This document shows, piece after piece, positions 61,001-64,000 of a stretch of 64,000 nt of DNA. Source of the stretch: Sphingobacteriales bacterium (GTDB taxonomy: Bacteria; Bacteroidota; Bacteroidia; CAILMK01; JAAYUY01); NCBI GenBank assembly GCA_012517435.1, contig JAAYUY010000076.1, forward strand, positions 1,609 to 65,608, read 5' to 3'. Each line of letters begins with the position of its first letter. Within the stretch, counting starts at the first letter, position 1. The position numbers and the translations under genes were made by a program. The notes beneath the pieces were generated by a model. The model was not told where the DNA came from. It worked only from the letters and a program-made list of their open reading frames with translations, and searched no databases.

Positions 61001-62493
61001 TTGTATTTAATCTCATGATGTGACTGATTTTCAAGAAAAATTCCGAAATAATACTGCTCTTTAAAATGATTACCGATGAATTTATTGTAGCTCTCATCGT
61101 CAACACCTCCATAAAAACAAACTCCGTAAGAACCATATAAAAAATAATTCTGCAGAAACGTATTGCTGGTATCTGTTTCATCATCTGAATAAACAATGGC
61201 AAAGTCTTCGGAAAAGTTGAAAGCCTGGGTGCTTTGCAACTGATTGTTCTGAAAAATATTATTGCATGCTCCTCCGGTCAGATACACGGTCCGGGCATAA
61301 TTGGTTCCGTTTGCCCTGAAAGAAATTCTTTCAAATCTGATATAATCGGCCCCATCCAGCATGACCACATAATTGTTTTCCAAATCGCTGGCAGAATAAA
61401 CTATTTTCACCTTACTGCTATCGCTGACGGCTGATTTAAAAGTAATGGTATTCGAAGAAGAAGCTCCCTGGATAGCAGGAATTCTGATGTGTTCATTATA
61501 AGTTCCGGTGTCTGCCACAAAAGTAACAGGTCCGTTTACCCCGCAGCTCACCAACCTTTGAACTGCCGCTGTAAAGTTTGGGAAGGAATCGGTGGCATCA
61601 GGTCCGATTGTGTATGTACCGCTCAATGCATTGCATACGTAAAAGCTGTAAATAAAGGTGTCGTTGTTCTTATTGCTGTCATTGACATTGTTGGGATTTT
61701 TTGTCCATGCTTTTATCGTATGGGCACCAACCGGGAAATGATGATTCCCCAGCAAAAGTTGGGAAGATGTCTGTCCGGTTGCGAGGCTTCCTGTCCAGCT
61801 GTAGCCGGTTTTATTGCTGGTATCTGCTTTCCAGTCAATTCCCGCACTTTTCAAAGTATCCAATCCATAATTTTTGATTCTTGCTTTGATGTTAACTGTA
61901 CCCGGCCTGACCGGCACTGCAGGTGAATCAACCGATATGACACCCGCATCATGATGATAGGGAACAACCAACTCGACCGAATAATCTTCCACCTCACCCC
62001 ATGAAAAAACTCCGCAGGAGTTGTGACTTCCCTGATAACGGCAACGGATTCTTAACACGGTTTTTCCTTTATAAGTTAATCCGACTGGTACATTTATCGT
62101 AAATGAAGACGGGCTGGTGCTTTTACTCCCCAGATATTCATTCGCATCCGTAAAATCTTTATCGTTGTTCCAGTCGATATAGGCATCAAAATAATCACCA
62201 TTGTAATGATTACCATTGTAAACTGTCAGGGTATAGCTATTCCCTGCAGTCAATACTGTTAAAATATTTGTGTAATCAGAATAGCCGGATATGCCATTGC
62301 TGCCAAGTCCGCAACCAGAGGATTTGCTGATGGTGTTTAATTCAACCTTTGAAATATATTCATCACAATTGCTCGCCCCTGCTGAACAATAAGTCTGGGA
62401 TTTCAGGCTGAGAGGAATTTGTAAAACGACAAACAGCATTAAATATTGCCAAAAATGATGATGCTTTTTTAGCTGCAATGTACCCATATACAA
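46045..62493 (-). CDS. Giant (5482 aa) cell-surface protein. It has an N-terminal GEVED-motif domain, seven beta-helix/CARDB supermodules, an FN3-like domain, eight tandem CARDB domains, a PPC-like (pre-peptidase C-terminal-like) domain and an IPT-like end. No recognisable T9SS CTD.
   Basis: Uninterrupted 16,449-nt ORF. The N-terminal hydrophobic signal is MLFVVLQIPLSLKSQ, and ...SCGVFSWGEVEDYSVELV lies at residue ~170. Seven modules carry PDIGADEF linkers. CARDB units are separated by PPPDL motifs. The C-terminus ...GLGFQIMLPEIK lacks type-A and type-B CTD signatures. Confidence 0.92.
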   Translation of the reverse strand: MYMGTLQLKKHHHFWQYLMLFVVLQIPLSLKSQTYCSAGASNCDEYISKVELNTISKSSGCGLGSNGISGYSDYTNILTVLTAGNSYTLTVYNGNHYNGDYFDAYIDWNNDKDFTDANEYLGSKSTSPSSFTINVPVGLTYKGKTVLRIRCRYQGSHNSCGVFSWGEVEDYSVELVVPYHHDAGVISVDSPAVPVRPGTVNIKARIKNYGLDTLKSAGIDWKADTSNKTGYSWTGSLATGQTSSQLLLGNHHFPVGAHTIKAWTKNPNNVNDSNKNNDTFIYSFYVCNALSGTYTIGPDATDSFPNFTAAVQRLVSCGVNGPVTFVADTGTYNEHIRIPAIQGASSSNTITFKSAVSDSSKVKIVYSASDLENNYVVMLDGADYIRFERISFRANGTNYARTVYLTGGACNNIFQNNQLQSTQAFNFSEDFAIVYSDDETDTSNTFLQNYFLYGSYGVCFYGGVDDESYNKFIGNHFKEQYYFGIFLENQSHHEIKYNLIESSTSVTFYGIYLYFCTEGFVNSGNSILLPDATSGGYGIFLDMCYGDSALHCLTANNFIHIPSVNNNAYGIYHYYSEYQDIVYNSINITGNYSNSFGFYYSGSNFSNCTFRNNISVNQANGYSIYCSNTSGISSDYNNLFTTGSRLGYWATNIINLTSWISTTKQDSHSLSVLPQFFSASNLHLKDINLNGKAKPFAGVAIDIDQENRSSSLPDIGADEFDLNSVDVGILTIDQPVTPAYPGNTAVKVRFRNFGADTIKSAQIDWKYDGNSGTTYNWSGSLKSGDTSSLITLGNVSVSLGTHTLKAWTKNPNTQTDQFAPNDTQEITFQSCIPLNGTYTIGPNPGDSFSSLTAAVNALINRCGVSGPVVFKIASGTYNEQVYIPSIMGASSTNTITFESVSGDSSTVIITYAPYYSSSNYVLMLDGADYIIFKNVTIKNTSSYYSRVVWLNNGACHNQIKNCCLTGYNTTSTSNNMTVVYIYDTGNESSENNLFSNNLILNGSIGFYLYSTTSIKPDNNRFISNVIQDPYYIGFLAYNQNSPVFEKNFISTVTNYSNFYGFYLYSCDNESSILSNKIQAPYCGGGMGLILYYCNGSSSKKGLIANNFIYLGNSSNNVYGIYINSCYYQQIFYNSVNLKGTYSSGAGLYYNSWQSNTGNILLNNNICNQTGSFAVQFEGVSPDSSDHNNYYTTGTNLGNYLGTPKNNLSAWQSSSGKDLHSVSVFPDFVSNSDLHISNLALDGKALPVANVTKDIDDETRHTTTPDIGADEFVPPANDAGIIAITDPSGTNKNGQYAVKVTLKNHGTDTLKNVSIEWKINGTSQTTYNWSGTLPPNQSVSNLSLGNFTFSTGTYTIKAWTKNPNNTTDGNKNNDTQLVTVKFSYLCDTFTIGGSGASFPGFKSAVDSLIAYGICGPVVFIVNSGTYTEQISIPYISGSSAVNTITFISSANDSTAVKLTYTPSSYTDNYVIKMSGAKYFRFYKMTFLNPNTSYSRVIVVDNYSSDNQFQNCIFEGSNNTSTSNDRALIYSDASIDSNFIFIGNLFVNGSMGLYWYGSNYESGMVIKNNVFLNQYYIGIYNERHDGILIEGNTFETNTTYYYYGIYLYSIRYSSKIIKNKIIARNSSGGYGIYIYNATGQSDRRVLVANNFIIINANGNSSYGIYSAYNQYSDVFYNSVNITGYYNYSYAFYISTYTYYNNRVKNNNFINNAGGYAYYCSMANTFTSDYNNLKTNGSYLGFFSSQITNLSAWQSVTSMDSNSISADPEYFSATDLHSFSKNINGKAQPVAEVDIDIDGDARDTLNSDIGADEFTPPNLDAGIIALDEPGSPCQKGSRTFKVSIKNFASDTLKSVTVEWQIDGTSKTAYNWSGSLPEGDTAIAVTIGTAYLSWGTHNIKIWTKNPNNSIDGNKLNDTLSISLTAKNPLNGIYTIGSSSTDSFASFTEAVDSLMTNGISGSVIFRVKDGTYTEQIVIGNIDGVSAEKTITFQSYSYDSTKVILQYNSTNYDYNYVILLNGARFITFKKLTLKSLNSYYGRVIKMVNSASNNSILNNIIIRPSINSTSDYDALIYISYDNCNDNQYISNVLKNGSFGLLISGKNYSERMKGTVILNNTFDNMYYAGLFLYYQTSPQISGNYIATSSANYTYGMYLYYCNEEVRISENKIQIGFQGYGVTLYYCEGTNAIPVSIYNNFISITGSSSGRGIYCYGSYYVNFYYNNINITNTSNSSGYCIGLYYGGNNRLKNNILCNKGDGYAIYAYSNYSLVYSDYNNLYAKGQYLAYWGGNSKTDLASWNSSSGYDNHSVSIDPLFYSSTDLHVSEITLNAAASPVSGITKDIDNETRNSVTPDIGADEFTPPSNDAGLVALLNPVKPFVADTYAVTVRLRNYGSDTLKSVTINWKINGVTQTPYYWSGSLKSADTVYVIIGNAIFSLGTTYQIQAWTTLPNGLTDNNLINDSIVVPNLSPALSGVYTIGGSNPDFTSFTSAVNSLKLGGILGNVVFNVRNGVYTEQLDITEITGTSASNTIIFQSESLDSTKVVLQYSSNSSNNYTIRFNGADYLTFRYMTLKALNGSYGRVIELTNNALNCSLKNNLIIGSNYSSTSSDNFLIFNNYQIVNNLTISGNVIRKGASAIWLYGPSGYQQNTLIEKNVIDSISYIAIYAYNQSYLVIKDNYINLQASTYNYMESIELDYCYNRTVITGNRIIQNDGFGLYLYNVQGNSNEYNLIANNFIAINGTYTYGYGMYNYYTYYSNFYYNSINVYHTSSSSDAFYIYGGSNVNVVNNIFSCKTGYAYYVSSTSTISTSNYNNFYTGGTYLAYWNGNISTLTGLKAASGKDANSISKDPLFNSNNDLHVQEVALNKAATPIAEVTVDIDGEPRDNTRPDIGADEFTPPLQDDAGINDIVSPTVPFPADTNLVRVVLTNYGADTLKSVTIKWKVNGVSQNDYNWSGSLLTGNSDTVTIGKFDFNIGTAYQIKVYSVNPNGNADSFNTNDTMLSAVLYAALNGTYTIGGSSPDFNSFSDAVNILNNGGILGNVIFNVRNGIYTERVKINSYPGTLSSRSVVFQSESGDSTQVFLSWNTDNDNYTLYLDGADYITFRKMTIRTTASSGYYGTVIQVSNDAVYNTFSGNVVQGYNGNVTSTSYSVFNIQGGNNHHLNLLNNVIQYGSFGVYLIGSSSSGSTGVQIKGNIIQNAVYYGIYAYYHDGLIIENNVINLSSYYSYSIGVYLYDCRNATKIAGNKISVPAGYFGIYLSNSNGTSTYKGNIYNNFIYVGGNTSNPTGLYLYYSSYHNVYFNNINITSGSATGSRALYLYSVNNINLLNNNIVNRGAGYAYYISTASGITSGYNNIYSKGNYLAYYNGNISSLAAWKSATGLDATSISVDPQYVSNSDLHVREITLNEAGTPIAGITADIDGETRHASKPDIGADEFEAPYSDDAGIVSFIDPAVPFPADTLPVKVLLKNFGYDTLTTVTIKWSVNGISQTPKSWSGSILPGRYDTVVIGNYIFKTVIAYNLVAYTYNPNGVRDSLNTNDTARTLNLYAALSGTYTIGGSNPDFISFGAAANILNLGGVVGAVVFNVRTGVYNEQLSIGQIPGSSSVNQITFQSEGNDSNLVTLTYQGNSSDNYVLRLNGADYVTFKKMTFQPIHNYYARGVELLGGANYNKFRNCRFEGVSTTNSSDFFSNVYSSGDNDIGNEFSYNVFNNGSFGIRLYGLSGSYESGTYIYGNIFENQSVSGVFLYGQSEPVIAFNTFSSSVNNYQGAISINTANNGPKIYGNKISSEKSAYSLQLYDADGSSSNKMKIYNNFFQLGGTASSSAVVMNFCDYTDFIYNSINVSNTHTGSRALFVENGNANVVLQNNIFANTGGGYACYISNTSAIVYSNYNDHYSAGSVLGYWGGNRTDLSAWRSASGQDNNSKSLDPLFYSTTDLHISQVLLDSAAVPVTGITKDIDNQNRNTNYPDIGADEFTYVSHDVGISAVIAPVSGCGLSSDTVRVKIQNFGGQSQSNFNVYYKFDNQQVVVRNIGSLTIPKGSSYVYKFDTVLNISTQGNHTLICWTNLSGDTIHSNDTFIYNFSNYPYPGAISNMLPVDTAQNVALPVTFSWSPASGANSYDLYIWPETENKPVSPTVANITQITYTYNGSLQYGKTYKWQIVAKSIFCQTAGNIQKFTVRYLPDLIVNSVTVPSTAYSGQTFNVSWQIKNTGTGSTLSTEWFDVAYLSSDTNLDENVDFYLGAVSNLSSLGSGVSYNQTETFTIPQGLSGNYYVILITDKFSALTESNENNNKGYNSSTLQIQLTPPPDLQVISIVRPNTIYSGTNANVSWTVQNKGTGNTVTNYWYDALYLGQDTTFDPANCYYLGNVYHNGQLLVNSTYNAAKTVSIPNAIFGTYYIFVKTDYFNSEYEHAWENNNVKRSDAISIILTPPPDLVVTGTDVPDSASNNETLGMSYYLKNQGGNDPESSWYDKIYISASRTFSESGSILLATRYHSQDLSPGQTDTLPGNITIPTGINGKYYIFVKTDCFNSVYEYTYENNNVSDPDSIYIKSPDLTVSWISNPATAYSGTSINIKWKDKNTGPGKIINRGWKDKIYISPYSTFNSSTAVFLQEITIASVSMNVNNEYLLTSNITIPNGYSGVYYLYIATDAVNNVFEAGGENNNTKKADTSITVTLSPWPDLQVVEISAPDTATAGDPITVHFTVTNKGTATATGSSWKDNVFISKDSVFNSSTASLLKDVIRPTSLAVSDSYNITTMAGLATNLTAGIYYLHVYTDYEDKIYEHTSNSNNSSFRPIYIKAYPPVDFMIYNVTCGDTGSSGKTFAIAYSVKNNGQGKSLAPSYKNAVYLSTDSIWSPATDILINREDMTTQLAANASYTKNINVTLPNGITGNYYLLVVTDENNNNNDVNLSNNYRARTDAQNKMKKIFIKLTLTPDLKPTSVNSPATGTSGQPVTVTWTVKNQGQAATSVTFEDRIYLSADFTIDGSDVLLGSFQRTSSLAVNSSYNQSQQVFLPSNITGNRIILLKTDATDAEYEHNGEDNNIMGAPISITAAPPCDLIVSHIGFPLNAVAGKSATITYKIKNTGINPATGYIRDAIYISKDNQWDVNDVLFGTNQYTIGLSPNTEVSKNMTKQLKGVTLGYYYVIVRTDILTNINETNDNNNEKISVDTMKVNVQNLPWYTMTYDTLYDNSEVYFKLESHDTLKSETLLLNLYGDSVNGDNELYLSYLKVPTRNVYDYAYSEPFHGNQEIIVPSLEDSTYYIMVYGYTMVGSMQKIGLMAKILHFEVRGISANQGGNTGKVTVIVSGSKFDTTMTVILQNDSAVYEPDTLVYVDPTKVFVTYNLAGAKLGKYDVVAIKTSKPDTAKLIKGFEIVNGVASDLQVSISKPANVRPSAITAMSLDFANVGNTDIDVPTIILKSLALAPVGMSVPDLENKKTELTFMLKELNGPQWVIRPGAYGSVLIYTKSTAGLGFQIMLPEIK

Positions 62494-62565
62494 ACATTTT
62501 AAAAATAATCAACTTAAAAAAAAAAAGATTAAGGACTCCAGTTCAAGAATACTTAACCCTTATAA

Positions 62566-63312
62566 CTATATTTTGTTTCCTGTATTCCTGATAAGCTGGT
62601 CGAGCTGAGTACCTAATTCTTCGGTTATCTTTGTCAGTTGATTCTTGGTGAGGGCAATCATGTCAATTAATTCAACCCTGGTGCGGTTAATTCTCGAATC
62701 CAGGGAGGCTTGAGACAACTGTACCTCTTTGGTAATCATGGGTTTAATTTCAGATTTCATCTTGCCGAAATCTTCCTTAGCCGATTCAAGCGCCTCATTG
62801 ACGGTTTCTTCAAGATAGGCCAGTTTGCTTATTTTTTTGTTCAGGATGAAAAACAAAATAATCTCTAAAACCAATAAAACGGCCAATCCGGCAAATGCCA
62901 GTAATACCATTCCCTTAACCATCGTCACACTTCCTCTGACAACTTCCAGGTCGTCATCCACTTTCTTTCTCAGGTCGCTGACCGTAAAAATGGTATTGCT
63001 GAGAGAATCAGAAGTCAGACTGACTTTGATGTTCATCGATTGCAAAACCTTTGTCAGTGTGTCAATGTTTGCTTTCAGGGCATCGAAATTATTATCTTTT
63101 GCATTAACTCGTGCACTCAGGGCACCTATTTGTCCCGAAATGCGGCTAAGTTTTTCACTCATTTCAGCCATGCTTGCATCATAATCTTTTTTTAAGACAT
63201 ATTGCGGGGGAGGTGTTTTTGGCGGTGTTTTCGGGGGAGTGGTTGTTTGTGCAAACAAGTTTGAAATCATGAATAATGCTACTAATGTGTAAACCAATCT
63301 TTTCATAGGCAA
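62566..63312 (-). CDS. Hypothetical membrane-anchored coiled-coil protein (248 aa) with a PPKT-repeat N-terminus
   Basis: The signal peptide is MKRLVYTLVALFMISNLFAQ, followed by TTTPPKTPPKTPPPQ. Heptad-rich segments are split by one internal transmembrane helix (MVKGMVLLAFAGLAVLLVLEIILFFIL). It is first in the operon, 72 nt upstream of the 5482-aa gene. Confidence 0.7.
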   Translation of the reverse strand: MPMKRLVYTLVALFMISNLFAQTTTPPKTPPKTPPPQYVLKKDYDASMAEMSEKLSRISGQIGALSARVNAKDNNFDALKANIDTLTKVLQSMNIKVSLTSDSLSNTIFTVSDLRKKVDDDLEVVRGSVTMVKGMVLLAFAGLAVLLVLEIILFFILNKKISKLAYLEETVNEALESAKEDFGKMKSEIKPMITKEVQLSQASLDSRINRTRVELIDMIALTKNQLTKITEELGTQLDQLIRNTGNKI

Positions 63313-63328
63313 GTTTTTTTTATGTTAA

Positions 63329-63336
63329 CAAATATA
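63329..63336 (-). promoter_or_regulatory. Candidate -7 box (TATATTTG on the minus strand, matching TAnnTTTG) for the 248-aa/5482-aa operon
   Basis: The plus strand reads caaatata at 63329-63336, which is an exact TAnnTTTG match on the coding strand ~17 nt upstream of the ATG at 63312. No clear -33 TTTG is seen. Confidence 0.3.
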
Positions 63337-63508
63337 CTACTCCTGATTTAAATTTTATGGCCAAAGTATAAAAATTTGAAAATCTGACAATATTAATTTG
63401 TGGCTAAATATACAAACTTTATTTATAAAAAAAGCAGGAAAAATTTTTTTTTGTTACTGTTCAGCTATCCCATTGTGTTTAATATCAATATTTTATATTT
63501 TCCTAAAA

Positions 63509-63536
63509 AGAAATAAACCGCTAATTCTCGCTAATG
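63509..63536. promoter_or_regulatory. Three direct repeats of CGCTAAT spaced 10-11 bp apart, a candidate transcription-factor binding array
   Basis: cgctaat occurs at 63509, 63519 and 63530, with helical-turn periodicity. It lies between the arginase-family stop (63624) and the 248-aa gene start (63312). The palindrome ttcgcgaa follows at 63538-63545. Confidence 0.3.
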
Positions 63537-63623
63537 AAACGCTAATTTTCGCGAAGATCAGCGGTCTAATCTGCGTTTATTCGCGGTAACAATAACAATT
63601 GGCAGCTGAACAGTAACTTTTTT

Positions 63624-64000
63624 TTATTTACTGTTTATCGCAAGGCCACAAAGTTTGTACAGTATTCTTGCCCCTGTAATCGCATCAATATCAGGGATCG
63701 GGCCAGGAGCTACCTCGCATAAATCAAAACCGATGATGGTTTTTTTCTGCTGAGAAAGTTTTTTTAACAGATACGAAACCTGATTAAAATCTAACCCACC
63801 CGGGACAGGTGTCCCCGTTCCCGGACAAAAAGAAAGATCAAGACCGTCAATATCAAAACTTACATAAACTTTATCAGGTAAACAGGAAACAATTTCATCA
63901 CATATTTTATCCCATGTTTTCCCCAGATACATTTCCGAAAAAATCCGGCTGCTTTCAAACCAATGAATAAAAGAATTTTCACAAGCAAGTTTTTTTTCCG
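63624..64000 (-). CDS. Arginase/agmatinase/formiminoglutamase-family protein, C-terminal portion. The gene begins beyond the window end.
   Basis: The reading frame stays open to position 64000 (hand-checked: ...EKKLACENSFIHWFESSRIFSEMYLGK...). SFDIDGLDLSFCPGTGTPVPGGL...GFDLCEVAP matches the arginase-family SxDxDxxDPxxxPGTGTPxxGGL...E motif. Confidence 0.75.
   Translation of the reverse strand, partial: EKKLACENSFIHWFESSRIFSEMYLGKTWDKICDEIVSCLPDKVYVSFDIDGLDLSFCPGTGTPVPGGLDFNQVSYLLKKLSQQKKTIIGFDLCEVAPGPIPDIDAITGARILYKLCGLAINSK

Noticed and set aside
208-62493. Dozens of 60-170-aa ORFs on the strand opposite the giant genes (for example 10030-10278, 17854-18216, 43233-43736)
   Set aside because: They lie wholly inside long, clearly coding ORFs. 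They have low-complexity or Cys/His-rich composition and no recognisable domains. Several of the plus-strand ones (for example 10991-11239, 11477-11755, 11993-12250) simply repeat because they sit on the PKD tandem repeats. They are judged spurious antisense ORFs.
1-64000. Search for mobile elements, integrases, transposases, a DGR reverse transcriptase and tRNA or rRNA genes
   Set aside because: No ORF shows transposase or integrase motifs (DDE, tyrosine-recombinase RHRY) or reverse-transcriptase (YxDD) motifs. Intergenic regions are short and AT-rich with no tRNA-like cloverleaf candidates. None can be supported.

Overview
Summary of a 64-kb Bacteroidota chromosomal segment. The phylum assignment rests on T9SS C-terminal sorting domains, a PorP/SprF-type partner, a TAnnTTTG-type -7 promoter box and leaders with no Shine-Dalgarno sequence. 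About 83% of the window is three giant minus-strand genes for cell-surface proteins of 9405, 5482 and 2868 aa. They are built from repeated right-handed beta-helix, CARDB, PKD and SprB-repeat modules. Two of them end in a T9SS type-A sorting domain. Locus 1 (1-30489, minus) reads as one operon. It runs giant 9405-aa gene, then a 686-aa PKD protein with a T9SS type-B (gliding-motility) C-terminal domain, then a PorP/SprF-family gene that runs off the window start. This is a SprB/SprF-like adhesin-partner arrangement. A divergent AT-rich intergenic region (30490-31025) holds several palindromes. It separates locus 1 from a plus-strand block of two tandem K+ uptake systems: trkA-trkH, then a KtrB-like/KtrA-like pair. 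Locus 2 (36390-63312, minus) is a second tightly packed operon. It runs a coiled-coil membrane protein, the 5482-aa giant, a 340-aa secreted beta-propeller-like protein, then the 2868-aa giant. The 5482-aa giant has an N-terminal GEVED-motif domain, seven beta-helix/CARDB modules and an eight-copy CARDB array, but no recognisable T9SS C-terminal domain. The 2868-aa giant has an N-terminal M23 peptidase domain, SprB repeats, 20-plus PKD domains and a type-A sorting domain. The window ends in a partial arginase-family gene. Three long near-identical in-frame DNA tandem repeat arrays (258, 486 and 504 bp units) sit inside the giant genes. No tRNA, rRNA, CRISPR array, transposase or integrase was seen. 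The most unusual content is the roughly 600-aa beta-helix plus PDIGADE linker plus CARDB supermodule, present 9 and 7 times in the two largest proteins. Also unusual are the M23 peptidase fused to a T9SS giant adhesin and the 5482-aa giant that lacks a sorting domain and is flanked by small accessory genes.
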